Shown here: positions 1 through 9,250 of the stretch, one piece after another
Layout of the letters: every line of letters starts with the position of its first letter
Numbering within the stretch: position 1 is the first letter of the stretch
Source of the DNA: a virus
Lineage: Duplodnaviria > Caudoviricetes
Reading direction: 5' to 3' (one strand)
DNA length: 60,430 nucleotides
IMG/VR virus record: IMGVR_UViG_3300009151_000080
Coordinates: 1-60,430 of that record
Notes under the pieces: generated by a model
The model's database searches: none
The model's input: the letters and a program-made list of their open reading frames with translations, nothing else
What the model was told of the DNA's origin: nothing
Made by a program: the position numbers and the translations under genes

Positions 1-58
1 CTTTTTTAAGACGGATGAATTCTTTCTCTTTAAGAGAATGTTTGTTTCGTTTTTTCAT
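1..58 (-). CDS. Partial CDS (5' end, MKKRNKHSLKEKEFIRLKK...) running off the window start
   Basis: ATG at 58 with open frame to position 1. Confidence 0.45.
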   Translation of the reverse strand, partial: MKKRNKHSLKEKEFIRLKK

Positions 59-140
59 ATGTTCTGTTAGTTTTTAACTTAACAGAACTTGAGATTATGG
101 GTGAGAATATATTTTTTCATATTGTAAAGGTATATATAAT

Positions 141-908
141 TTATTTTTTATTGAAAATTTCTGAAAATATTTCATAGTTACTACCAACCGAGTTATGATC
201 GTTGATAATAGCAAATACTATATTATCATAAAGTGAATCATAACCTTCGTCAATCAATACTTGTTTAAAGAAATTAGCCATTTTAGTTGGATCGTTTTTA
301 AAAACTCCACATCCCCATGCTCCCAATACTATGTTTTTAACATCATGTTTAGCTGGTATGGTCAGCATCAATCTTATCTTATTAAGAGTTGTTTCTTCAT
401 AGGAAGAAACTTTATTCTGATCTTTATAGAAATGATGTTCCGAATTCAGATTAATAGCAGCAATAGTCATTACATCACAATCTATTGGATCCATGTAGTT
501 ATAATCCTTATCCTTAAAGAATACAGCACCTTGCGTATAAAGACAAGAGTCATCTTCTAATGGGTAGAAATCGGTTGATATAGAGTGACTTAGATTAGAA
601 CACCTAAATAAACATTCTTCTTGAGCTTTTGCTCCACGTTCAACTCCACCACCTGGTCTTTTATATGAAGCCATATTTAGGATACAAGAGTATCCTTTAT
701 CGGTTTCAAATAGCTTTTCCAAGGCGGAAACGGTGTCAGAGTTTTCTACAGTTATGTTACTGTTCTCTTTTATGTATGATAGATAAGAACCTTTTACTTC
801 ACTAAATGTATGTTTGGTTGTTTCTCCAGACCTTATTTTATAAGACTTATTAAAAGTATCAGTAAATACGTCTATTAGATCTTGGTTGGGTATTTTATGA
901 TTTATCAT
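141..908 (-). CDS. Bacterial-type poly(ADP-ribose) glycohydrolase / macrodomain (TIGR02452, DUF2263-like)
   Basis: LNMAS..PGGG.ERGAKAQEE.LFR catalytic signature (GGG-x-QEE) and LGAWGCGVF.NDP motif. Confidence 0.85.
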   Translation of the reverse strand: MINHKIPNQDLIDVFTDTFNKSYKIRSGETTKHTFSEVKGSYLSYIKENSNITVENSDTVSALEKLFETDKGYSCILNMASYKRPGGGVERGAKAQEECLFRCSNLSHSISTDFYPLEDDSCLYTQGAVFFKDKDYNYMDPIDCDVMTIAAINLNSEHHFYKDQNKVSSYEETTLNKIRLMLTIPAKHDVKNIVLGAWGCGVFKNDPTKMANFFKQVLIDEGYDSLYDNIVFAIINDHNSVGSNYEIFSEIFNKK

Positions 909-912
909 ATAA

Positions 913-920
913 CAAATATA
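913..920 (-). promoter_or_regulatory. Bacteroidota-type -7 promoter box (TATATTTG) upstream of PARG
   Basis: Matches TAnnTTTG immediately upstream of the ATG at 908. Confidence 0.5.
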
Positions 921-945
921 TGAAATATACTTAAAAGTTTAAAAT

Positions 946-974
946 AAAAAAACCAACCTAAAAGGTTGGTTTTT
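946..974. terminator. Bidirectional intrinsic terminator at the tmRNA 3' end
   Basis: A-run, ccaacct/aggttgg stem, T-run. Confidence 0.75.
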
Positions 975-978
975 GTTG

Positions 979-1329
979 TGGAGGTGTCCGGGTACGATCC
1001 GGAGTTTTCCTAGTCATCTATAAACATTCGTTCACAAGCTTAGTAAATTTTTCTTAACTCACAAAATATATGATTTTATTTTACAATTCTAAATCATCAA
1101 AATATATTGAAACTTTTACAGAGTTCTTACTGTTGGAAACTAATTAAGCTAATGCTACGGTGTTTACCTTTACCATGTTGTTGCGTAGTGTCGCTACTAA
1201 ATCTTCACGAGAACCTACTTCGTTTGTGTTGCCGTTTAAAGCGTTAATGTAATTTATTAATCGGTTGAACATCATCCGATGCTTGAATCATACTTACCTA
1301 TGTCCTAAGAGGCAAATCAGTTCACCCCC
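979..1329 (-). ncRNA. ssrA: tmRNA (phage-encoded)
   Basis: 5' GGGGGTG pairs with 3' CACCTCC-A, giving the G3:U70 alanine identity pair; TCCGG/CCGGA T-stem; internal tag frame 1233-1144 reads GNTNEVGSREDLVATLRNNMVKVNTVALA*; 351 nt; CCA not encoded. Confidence 0.9.
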
Positions 1330-1340
1330 CATTTGTTTAA

Positions 1341-1371
1341 CAAAGATATATATAATATTTGAAATATCAAA
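1341..1371 (-). promoter_or_regulatory. Bacteroidota housekeeping-type promoter for the tmRNA (TTTG-N19-TATCTTTG)
   Basis: Both -33 and -7 boxes with canonical spacing, 12 nt before the tmRNA 5' end. Confidence 0.65.
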
Positions 1372-1376
1372 ATTGT

Positions 1377-1634
1377 TTAAACTAAATTGAAATATTTTAT
1401 TAAATCCAATGTGAAGTTCTCTTCATCACTATTATTTTCTCTTCTATTAGTAGATAAAGATACATATAACTCTTTTAATTCATCATCTGATAATTTATCT
1501 ATTTTATTAAATACCTCGAATATACCCATATCAAAAGCTTTATTGTAGTTAGAGAATAAATCTATAACATCCACTACTTCTTTTGGAATTCTACTATTTG
1601 ATTTATCTTCATTAAATCTAGTTAAATGTTTCAT
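1377..1634 (-). CDS. Hypothetical protein with MKHLTRFNE leader
   Basis: 85 aa ORF with the shared N-terminal motif. Confidence 0.7.
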   Translation of the reverse strand: MKHLTRFNEDKSNSRIPKEVVDVIDLFSNYNKAFDMGIFEVFNKIDKLSDDELKELYVSLSTNRRENNSDEENFTLDLIKYFNLV

Positions 1635-1648
1635 ATATTTTATTTTTT

Positions 1649-2161
1649 TTAAAATGGTACTTCATCATCATCATAAGTTCCTTTAACACCAGCATCATAG
1701 TAGAAGTTTACAGTGAATAAAGGTTCACGTTCTTTAGTTTCCCATAGGTCGACTTCAGCATCATATTGAATAAGAATATCAGTTTGTAACTTTTTAAGAA
1801 CACCAAGTATCTTCATTATAGATTGAAGTCTTTCCTTCTTATTCAGAACAAACTGTATTGAAATATCACTTCCGTCCCAATCAACATAGAACTCACCAAC
1901 TTTTACATTAGCAATCATATTTCTTATTGTAGATGCTAAATGTCCCATTACTTCTGATTCAGAAGCATCGTCTTCATCTTCTTCAAAATCATCATCCTCA
2001 TCATCCGATCCTATCGGACTTTGGTCTTCTTCATCATCAAAGTATTCTTCACGACTGTTATAATCTTCATCATCCTTATCTTCTTCCTTTTCCCAAGGTA
2101 AGTCATTAGGAGCTTCTTCTTTAAGAAGTTGTAAATATTTCTTTAACTTCATGTTATTCAA
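1649..2161 (-). CDS. Acidic hypothetical protein (MKLKKYLQLLKE leader variant)
   Basis: 170 aa ORF, D/E-rich N-terminal half, overlaps the upstream gene stop. Confidence 0.7.
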   Translation of the reverse strand: MNNMKLKKYLQLLKEEAPNDLPWEKEEDKDDEDYNSREEYFDDEEDQSPIGSDDEDDDFEEDEDDASESEVMGHLASTIRNMIANVKVGEFYVDWDGSDISIQFVLNKKERLQSIMKILGVLKKLQTDILIQYDAEVDLWETKEREPLFTVNFYYDAGVKGTYDDDEVPF

Positions 2162-3800
2162 GTTCTATTTTTATATGATCCTCTTCAAATGTAAAATCAG
2201 GGTCTAACTTATGCGATGTAAATAACTTTTGTAAAGCTAACATATCTTTATAGAAGTGATCCAAATCCGAATCAGTTACTTCAATATCAAATACTAATCT
2301 ACCATCAACACCTTTAATTGAATCACTATTATATAAATATAACTTCTTGTATTGACGAATAAGACCTGCATATTTTCTAGCAACTTCCTCATCAAACCCT
2401 ATTTTTCTTTTAACTGAAAGGTTAGTCCAGTCAACTTCAGCACAAGCTTTGGCTAAGTTTTCCAAATATGTAATATTTTGAACCTCATCAGGGGTGTGTT
2501 CATTAAAATATCCAACTGATACATTTGTACATTCGGGAATCAATTCTATAAAGTTAGCTGAGTCTGTAAATACACCGGTTGGATCAAGATTAAGTTTCAA
2601 CCCACTTTTATTTAACTCACTACAAAGTGACTCACCAAATTCATTAGAACAACAAGTTACACCCATTTGTTCAGTAATAACTGAGTAGTAATTTCTCCTA
2701 TCAAAGGAGATCATTTTCTTTTTTCCGTCCATGAATGGATACTTACCTATTTTTTCTGCTACCTTTCCTGAACCAATACCACCACGTTCTTCACCATTAA
2801 AGAACCAATATACACCTTCAACACCCTTAGCCATCATATACATTAATACAGCAACTCCAGATTTATCATCTGCTCCTAGGATTGTTCTTCCGTCAGTTTT
2901 AATAAAGTCCTGATCATCTTTCTTGTAAGCTATCAAACCAACTTTACTCTTTGTTCTATCTACTGTATCTAAGTGGCAAGTAAATACTGTATCTGACTCA
3001 CCGATAATAGCATAATAATTTCCAAACTCATCTCTTTCAAGACCTTCTGGTAAGTATTTAACTACTTCATCTTCATGTCCGTGTGGATATGTTTCGGTCA
3101 CTAAAGATATAAATGTTTCTCTGACGTTAGTTGGTTCGAATTCAAATCTTCTTGGTTGAATAGTTTTACCAGATTTAGGTTGTCCTGAAATACCGGATAT
3201 AAGTCTATTATATTTAACTGCGAAGTCATATATATCGTCTTGGTCAGCTTTAGGGAAAAAGCTTCTACAGAACTGGGTTACTTTTATTCTACCGGACTTA
3301 CCCTTAGATATTATATCAAAATACCATTCTTTATCTGATATATCAACCTTTTGAATTTTCATCGGGTTTTTAATATCTGGATTAGAGTCAAGTGAATAAA
3401 GATCCCAAACCATTGGATCATTTTTGATCTTATCGAGCATCATCCAGAAGTCGTCGGTAAATTTAATAAGATCTTTACCACCTTCTTCTTCGTCATCCCA
3501 TTGTTTTTCGGATTGTTTTTTACTATATCCCATGTCTTCGTCCTTTTTTTCAAGTCCCATTTCAACCCTACACGCTTTGACGAATTTTTTAATCTTATCG
3601 TCTTTTACACGGTCACCTAGGACAGCTTTTATATTCTCAAAGTTTAAACTACCACTGTCTAATAATATTCTATCTTTTTGAGGTACTGAACGAGAGAAAG
3701 ATATTTTAAGTTCCTCTATAATTTTAGAGAACTCTGGTTCTTTTCTTTCAATTTCGTCAAAAATATTTAATATACTATTTGTTAGGTATGCTGCCTTCAT
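2154..3800 (-). CDS. M28/M20-family zinc peptidase with a ~220 aa N-terminal extension
   Basis: CHLDT, GADDKSG, GEERG, SFDR, TDSA and GYFNEH metal-ligand motifs. Confidence 0.8.
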   Translation of the reverse strand: MKAAYLTNSILNIFDEIERKEPEFSKIIEELKISFSRSVPQKDRILLDSGSLNFENIKAVLGDRVKDDKIKKFVKACRVEMGLEKKDEDMGYSKKQSEKQWDDEEEGGKDLIKFTDDFWMMLDKIKNDPMVWDLYSLDSNPDIKNPMKIQKVDISDKEWYFDIISKGKSGRIKVTQFCRSFFPKADQDDIYDFAVKYNRLISGISGQPKSGKTIQPRRFEFEPTNVRETFISLVTETYPHGHEDEVVKYLPEGLERDEFGNYYAIIGESDTVFTCHLDTVDRTKSKVGLIAYKKDDQDFIKTDGRTILGADDKSGVAVLMYMMAKGVEGVYWFFNGEERGGIGSGKVAEKIGKYPFMDGKKKMISFDRRNYYSVITEQMGVTCCSNEFGESLCSELNKSGLKLNLDPTGVFTDSANFIELIPECTNVSVGYFNEHTPDEVQNITYLENLAKACAEVDWTNLSVKRKIGFDEEVARKYAGLIRQYKKLYLYNSDSIKGVDGRLVFDIEVTDSDLDHFYKDMLALQKLFTSHKLDPDFTFEEDHIKIELE

Positions 3801-3810
3801 TATCTATATA

Positions 3811-4200
3811 TTATTTTTTAGATACGGTAATTTCATAAGAGTTCTTATCATCTACTCTTACTTGACCCGGATTCATACCCTGTTCTTTCTTAACAAACTT
3901 TTTCTTACAATAAACAACTAGTACATCTTCCTTATCTGATTTAGAGTTTTTTGCAGCTATTTTTGCAGCTTGTTCTATAATCTCTTTTGTTGGAACTTTA
4001 TCTTTAACTTTTATCACAACGTGAGATCCCGGAACTCCACGAGCATGGAACCAATAATCATCATCAGTCGCTAGTTCTAATGTAACATAGTCATTAGCAA
4101 TGGCATCTTTACCTTGATAGACTACAAATCCGTCTATATCTAACTTTTTATAGTTAGGTCTATCCTTTTTCGCTTCGTTAAACTTATTTAAGTATCTCAT
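3811..4200 (-). CDS. Stand-alone NFACT-R (DUF814; RqcH/NEMF C-terminal-type) RNA-binding domain protein
   Basis: GKDA.AND.VT, DYWFHARGVPGSHVVIK, AA.IAA.NSK and KFVKK..G.NPGQV motifs; N-terminal MRYLNKFNE leader. Confidence 0.85.
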   Translation of the reverse strand: MRYLNKFNEAKKDRPNYKKLDIDGFVVYQGKDAIANDYVTLELATDDDYWFHARGVPGSHVVIKVKDKVPTKEIIEQAAKIAAKNSKSDKEDVLVVYCKKKFVKKEQGMNPGQVRVDDKNSYEITVSKK

Positions 4201-4541
4201 TTGTTTAAAACTTTATTTAAATAAGATAAACCACGATAAATATCAATGATTCTTAATCTTAAAACAGCTTGAACTGCTGGTGATGTTATAGAAGTACCAG
4301 ATTTTCTAATCATAGCAGTTATATAAATAGTATCACCTCTTTTTAGTTCCTTTTGGGTTAAATCAGATGGTATGCCTATAACATTCTCGGAAACCGGAAT
4401 ATCTTTAGGATCATTGAATACATCTATGATAGATTCGATTTCGAACTTATCCTTTTTAAGATCTTCAATATTTACTTCTAAATCATGGTCTTCAATGTCT
4501 TTAGATAGTTCGTCAAATTTTTTTATCTTTTGCTCTCTCAT
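4197..4541 (-). CDS. Hypothetical protein (start reassigned to ATG 4541, MREQKIKKFDE)
   Basis: ATG just downstream of an AATATATA motif; the upstream part of the track ORF overlaps the divergent gene. Confidence 0.6.
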   Translation of the reverse strand: MREQKIKKFDELSKDIEDHDLEVNIEDLKKDKFEIESIIDVFNDPKDIPVSENVIGIPSDLTQKELKRGDTIYITAMIRKSGTSITSPAVQAVLRLRIIDIYRGLSYLNKVLNK

Positions 4542-4605
4542 ATTTTTATATATATTAAATATAGAAGTAATAAAAACAAAAATTTGACTTCTTAGTATAA
4601 AGAAT

Positions 4606-5931
4606 ATGTCTAAACTAATGAAACTTAATGATATAAAAGACGACAATATCTTAAATGATATATTTAGTAATGAAATCGTAGTCCTTGAAGATGTTCAAGG
4701 TAGTAAAATTTATATCAACTGGAACGGAACTGATTTTACAATCAAACCAAAAACACTATCAGCAGAACCAATCAATATGATTGACCTTGCTATGCAGAAC
4801 TATTATAACACTGCAATAAATTATTTCAACTCACTTGATAATCGAGTTAAAGGTCTTATAAATAAAAAATGGTGGTTTTGTTTTGAATACTTTGTAGATA
4901 GTCAACCAGCTAACATTGAATACAACCGTGTTCCTAAAAACAACTTGGTACTTACTTCTATTTGTAAAGGTAATAAATTTGATTATACTTTTGAAGAGCT
5001 GGAAGAATATGCTAGATTATTTGACGTAGAACTTATTCCAATTATATTTAGAGGTAAGTTAAATGAAAAGATTATAGAAGCTATAAAATACTTTCTTAAT
5101 ACATCAGAAGATGATTTAGAATATGTTTTCGGTGAAAAGACATTTTCATTCTTTTTCTATAAGTTACTAAACCCACAAATACAAAACTCATTCTTAATGA
5201 ATGATGACTTTCAAAAGAATCTTGAGAAGTTAATAATAAGAGTCGATGGTAAGGACGTTTCCTTTGAGATTCTGAACCCTCTTTATAAAAGAATATCAGA
5301 TACTAACTCAACAGACTTCGTTGAAATTTACACCCTTATATTAGTCAATTTCTTAAACTTTTGTCAGTCAGTTGATTTAGATCAGATAAAGATTAAGGGA
5401 TCTAAAAGGGATGAATGTTATATTTATCTCGTAAATAAACTCTTTAATATGTATATGTCCGAAGTTAAGGAAGATCTGTTAATTTTTGACTTTACGATCC
5501 CGGAGTTTTTTGATAAAGATAAGTTTAGAGTTAATATTGAACTTATACCAAATAAGCTTACCAAACAATATATTTCCGAGGATAAGAAGTTAGAGTATAT
5601 CTATAAAATAATACTTGGATCTTTTAATAAGGAAAGGAAAAAAGCTATTGGTGTTTTTAATGACGCTACTATTAGAATATTTAATCACTTTGTTAGATCT
5701 CTACAACTGAAGATAGATGAGTTTTTCAATAAAAAATCAGAAATAGAGCTCACCCGATCAAATTTGATGGATTTTGGGGATTTCTTTGACATTAAAAGTT
5801 ATGATGTGGATGGGGATAACCAAGTTTATCCAGACATCTACAAAGAAATGGAAAAAGGTTCTGACGATAAAAAGAAGAAAGATTTAGGTGGTAAGGAAGA
5901 TCTAGGAAAGGGATTTGACATGGGTAAGTAA
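4606..5931 (+). CDS. RNA ligase (Rnl2-like) nucleotidyltransferase-fold protein, apparently catalytically degenerate
   Basis: VVLEDVQGSKI at the motif I (EKxDG) position, then FCFEY, IPIIFRG, LEKLIIR and FEILNP in ligase motif order. Confidence 0.5.
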   Translation: MSKLMKLNDIKDDNILNDIFSNEIVVLEDVQGSKIYINWNGTDFTIKPKTLSAEPINMIDLAMQNYYNTAINYFNSLDNRVKGLINKKWWFCFEYFVDSQPANIEYNRVPKNNLVLTSICKGNKFDYTFEELEEYARLFDVELIPIIFRGKLNEKIIEAIKYFLNTSEDDLEYVFGEKTFSFFFYKLLNPQIQNSFLMNDDFQKNLEKLIIRVDGKDVSFEILNPLYKRISDTNSTDFVEIYTLILVNFLNFCQSVDLDQIKIKGSKRDECYIYLVNKLFNMYMSEVKEDLLIFDFTIPEFFDKDKFRVNIELIPNKLTKQYISEDKKLEYIYKIILGSFNKERKKAIGVFNDATIRIFNHFVRSLQLKIDEFFNKKSEIELTRSNLMDFGDFFDIKSYDVDGDNQVYPDIYKEMEKGSDDKKKKDLGGKEDLGKGFDMGK

Positions 5932-6807
5932 AAAATCCGATTCCCACATCGAGACCAAATTATATCCAGATTCTATAATCTTATTTTCACGTTCAATGGT
6001 TTTATTATATAACTCTCCAAATTTTAGCCCAGTTGATTTATTTAGATCATCTGGGTTATATTTTTTTGGGTTACCATGCCAATAATCACCATTAAATTCA
6101 TAGATGGTGTTTGAATCGGGATCATATCCATCTACAAGATATAGGTTATTATCTATGTATATCTTATGTTGTCTAAGCTTTACTCCAAGTGAATCCAACC
6201 AAACTAGCTCATGTTTTGATATTCTTTTACCACATTTTGGACAACCTTGTCCATTTAGATGGTGATTTGGGGTTTTGTGGAACTCACCATGTTTATCACA
6301 TATTATTTTAACCATGGTTCTGGCATTGATATATTCAACATCATCATATTTATATAGATTTTTATATAGTGTATTTGCCTTTTCTATAAATGTATCTTTA
6401 TCACTTTTTTGTATATTATGTACATTACACACTATACAACCCCCCTTTCCTCTAATATGAACCCCTGGTAGTTGCCAAAAATATCCGTGTTGGTTACATT
6501 TTATTTTTATTTTAGTGGTGATGTTGATGTATTCCGATTCGGAGTAGTCATACTTTCCATTATGTTTTTTATTGGCATTTATTATAAACTCCTCCCTTGT
6601 GTATCTTTTTTTATCCTGTCCGCATTTATAACATCCACCATTATTAAAATGGGAATTTGGTTTTTGCTCAAACATCCCATGTTTATTACATATAATTTTA
6701 ACCTTAGTATAACTATTAATATACTCTACCATAGAGTAATCATATTTATCACCATGTATTTCCTTACAATCTAAAATAAATTCTTCTTTAGTTTTTCTCC
6801 TTATCAT
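5902..6807 (-). CDS. Putative homing endonuclease with three Zn-binding repeats and a C-terminal PD-(D/E)xK/Vsr-like nuclease
   Basis: 3x FI..A...H..KYDY..VEY....VKIIC..HG.F...P..H..G.GC..C, then VDGYD...IYEFNGDYWHG...MWESDF. Confidence 0.75.
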   Translation of the reverse strand: MIRRKTKEEFILDCKEIHGDKYDYSMVEYINSYTKVKIICNKHGMFEQKPNSHFNNGGCYKCGQDKKRYTREEFIINANKKHNGKYDYSESEYINITTKIKIKCNQHGYFWQLPGVHIRGKGGCIVCNVHNIQKSDKDTFIEKANTLYKNLYKYDDVEYINARTMVKIICDKHGEFHKTPNHHLNGQGCPKCGKRISKHELVWLDSLGVKLRQHKIYIDNNLYLVDGYDPDSNTIYEFNGDYWHGNPKKYNPDDLNKSTGLKFGELYNKTIERENKIIESGYNLVSMWESDFLLTHVKSLS

Positions 6808-6860
6808 AAACTTTATATTGATGTTTTTATATAAGTATATATAAAAAATATGATGTCCCT

Positions 6861-6880
6861 TTTAGACATTTTTAGACATT
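6861..6880. repeat. Tandem 10-bp direct repeat TTTAGACATT x2 directly before the RHH-like gene
   Basis: Exact repeat at 6861-6870 and 6871-6880. Confidence 0.7.
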
Positions 6881-6881
6881 T

Positions 6882-7115
6882 ATGAAGAAAAAAACAACTA
6901 GGACTTTTAGTATCTCTGATGATATATGGGAGAAGTTTATGGAAGTCACAAGTAGGAATCAAATAAACCGTTCAAGGCTAATAGAGGATTATATTGAGAA
7001 GTATATAGAATCTAATGAAGAGGTTGATAGTATAGATTTGGTATTAGATAAAATTTCAAAATTTGGAATCAACTCTTTAAGTAAAGGTGAAAAAAGGTTA
7101 TTGGAGGATCAATAA
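6882..7115 (+). CDS. Ribbon-helix-helix-like small protein with DUF6576-like C-terminus
   Basis: RTFSISDDIWEKF...NRSRLIEDYIEKYI (RHH pattern) plus IDLVLDKISKFGINSLSKGEK. Confidence 0.6.
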   Translation: MKKKTTRTFSISDDIWEKFMEVTSRNQINRSRLIEDYIEKYIESNEEVDSIDLVLDKISKFGINSLSKGEKRLLEDQ

Positions 7116-7471
7116 CCTTTTATCTTCATATTATTTACACTTTTATATTTACTTTTAGGATTAGCTGTACATATTATCTTTGATAATAGATTAGCACTTT
7201 TCCTATTTATTAGAGTTGGGTTTTCTAATAAAGAATCTTTGTTTATGCTATATGATATGTGTTCTGTTTCGGTTGTTATAACAACTAGTTTATTCTCCAC
7301 TCCACCATATATTATGGACTTTATTTTTGAACCATTTAGTTCCTCTCCTCTAAATTTATAAAAGACGTAGTTCATAATTTTATTAGCTCTATCCATTTGA
7401 TTGTAGGATTTTGCTTTATCAACCGCTGATAAATAAGTGGTGCTGTTCAGTTCATTAAATTTTAATATCAT
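7109..7471 (-). CDS. Hypothetical protein with MILKFNE leader
   Basis: 120 aa ORF preceded by AATATATA. Confidence 0.65.
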   Translation of the reverse strand: MILKFNELNSTTYLSAVDKAKSYNQMDRANKIMNYVFYKFRGEELNGSKIKSIIYGGVENKLVVITTETEHISYSINKDSLLENPTLINRKSANLLSKIICTANPKSKYKSVNNMKIKGY

Positions 7472-7510
7472 AAAACTATATATTAAAATTCAAATATAAT
7501 TTTTATAACT

Positions 7511-7702
7511 ATGGGAAAAAAATATTTATCATTTAAGGATGCAAGAGATTTTGTACATACCCTTTCCTTAACAAAAGAGTCAGAGTGGTATGATTATAGT
7601 AAATCGGGGAAGAAACCGGATAATATACCTTCATCGCCTAGATATACATACAAATCTGAGTTTATATCAATGGGTGATTGGTTGGGCATCCATCTAAAAT
7701 AA
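7511..7702 (+). CDS. Single 'integrase repeat' (PF14882-like) unit protein
   Basis: LSFKDARDFV..L.L....EW..Y....KP.NIPSSP..TYK.EF.S.GDWLG. Confidence 0.6.
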   Translation: MGKKYLSFKDARDFVHTLSLTKESEWYDYSKSGKKPDNIPSSPRYTYKSEFISMGDWLGIHLK

Positions 7703-7766
7703 AGCAAAGGAAGGATAAGATCCGAAGACAACGGATAAGTAAGATCCAAAAAATTTTATCAGAAAT

Positions 7767-7955
7767 ATGATACATATGAAAAAAATTAGTGTAAGTACTA
7801 TCAAATTAAAGACTGAATTTACATCAGAAATGGTTGATGAGTTAAGGGATTTTAACATATCCAACTGGGAAGATGACATGGAAAGAAAAATTATTCGTGA
7901 GATGAAAGTACTATCAAGAGTAAAAAAGTTGAGTCAAATTATTGATAAATTATAA
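7767..7955 (+). CDS. Small hypothetical protein
   Basis: 62 aa ORF, co-oriented with neighbours. Confidence 0.55.
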   Translation: MIHMKKISVSTIKLKTEFTSEMVDELRDFNISNWEDDMERKIIREMKVLSRVKKLSQIIDKL

Positions 7956-7987
7956 AAAACCTTTTGGTTTTATGACTTATAATTCGT

Positions 7988-9250
7988 ATGATTGAAGTCA
8001 AGGAATATAAACCAAAAGTCAAATATAATATAACTAAGAAAGTCTCTTCAAAGAAATACAGTATTCAGTTCCTACCAGAACAACTGCAAACAGAATCACT
8101 TGTTAAAACTATAACACATAAGAATGTTAAGATAAAGTCCGCTTATCTTATTGATTTAGTTCACAACTTAATTTTAAAGTATTACCTTAAAAAGGATAAT
8201 ACTTTTAATTTATCCTCTATTATTCTTAAAGAAAAATATGGACATCGATATAACTTTTATATCGATTACCTAGTTAGTAATAATATTTTACAACTTATAC
8301 GGAATCATCAGAAGGGAAAGAATACTCGTGTATATAAACTTCGAGAAGAGGTATATGCTGGTAAAATTAACCGGTATAAAAACTGTGATAATATTTTATT
8401 AAAAAAGTATAAAACCGCAGTTACTCTTATTGAAAAAGAAGATTTAGAGAATAATACTATCGAGGTAGATATTAAACGTAAGTTGGTTGAAGATTTGTTC
8501 CATGTTGATATAGATTATGTAAGGTCACTATTCTTCCTTGATTCTACTTTACAGGACGATGATATTTATAATAAGAATAAATACAGTGTAGAATGTATAA
8601 ATGATAAACATATTTTTTATCATTTTGATAACTATGGTCGTATGCACACTAACTTCACTATTTTAAAGTCATTTATTAGAAAAAACTGTTTATTAATAGA
8701 GGGGGAGGATACAGTGGAAATAGATATTAAAAATAGTCAACCATTATTCTTATGTAAGATTATAGAATCTGATGGGTTATCTATTGTTTCACCAATAGAG
8801 TTTAACTTATATAAGTTTTTAACTAAGACTGGTAAATTTTATCAGTATATAATGGATAACTCGGATTTGAAAGATAAGAAGATGGTTAAGGAGTTAACTT
8901 ATAAAGTATTTTTTGGAAAAAACTTTAGAAGTAAAAGTGATGATATATTCAAATCTCTTTTTCCGACGATACACAATTTTATAAGAATATATAAAAAGGA
9001 ACATGGTGACTATAGAATTTTAGCACATGATCTTCAAAATTTGGAATCTAACCTAGTTTTTAACAAAATAGTAAAAGAGATTATGTATATATACCCTGAG
9101 GTTAGAATTCTAACAGTACATGATAGTTTGATTTGTCAAGAAAAATATCGTAATATTGTGGAAGATATTTTTAATAAACATTTAGACAAAGAATTCGACA
9201 AAAAAGAAAATATATATGAAACAGTACGGACTTTACACCAAGGGATTTAA
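7988..9250 (+). CDS. Minimal family-A-polymerase-like protein with a putative N-terminal winged helix
   Basis: GRMHT, EIDIKNSQP (motif A-like), K..VK...Y..FFG (motif B-like), LQNLES, LTVHDS (motif C); no exonuclease domain. Confidence 0.55.
   Translation: MIEVKEYKPKVKYNITKKVSSKKYSIQFLPEQLQTESLVKTITHKNVKIKSAYLIDLVHNLILKYYLKKDNTFNLSSIILKEKYGHRYNFYIDYLVSNNILQLIRNHQKGKNTRVYKLREEVYAGKINRYKNCDNILLKKYKTAVTLIEKEDLENNTIEVDIKRKLVEDLFHVDIDYVRSLFFLDSTLQDDDIYNKNKYSVECINDKHIFYHFDNYGRMHTNFTILKSFIRKNCLLIEGEDTVEIDIKNSQPLFLCKIIESDGLSIVSPIEFNLYKFLTKTGKFYQYIMDNSDLKDKKMVKELTYKVFFGKNFRSKSDDIFKSLFPTIHNFIRIYKKEHGDYRILAHDLQNLESNLVFNKIVKEIMYIYPEVRILTVHDSLICQEKYRNIVEDIFNKHLDKEFDKKENIYETVRTLHQGI

Noticed and set aside
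61-88. Inverted repeat gttctgtta...taacagaac next to the ATG at 58
   Set aside because: Single occurrence at the window edge; cannot distinguish a regulatory hairpin from chance
979-1010. Stand-alone tRNA
   Set aside because: It is the 3' tRNA-like half of the tmRNA; no anticodon arm
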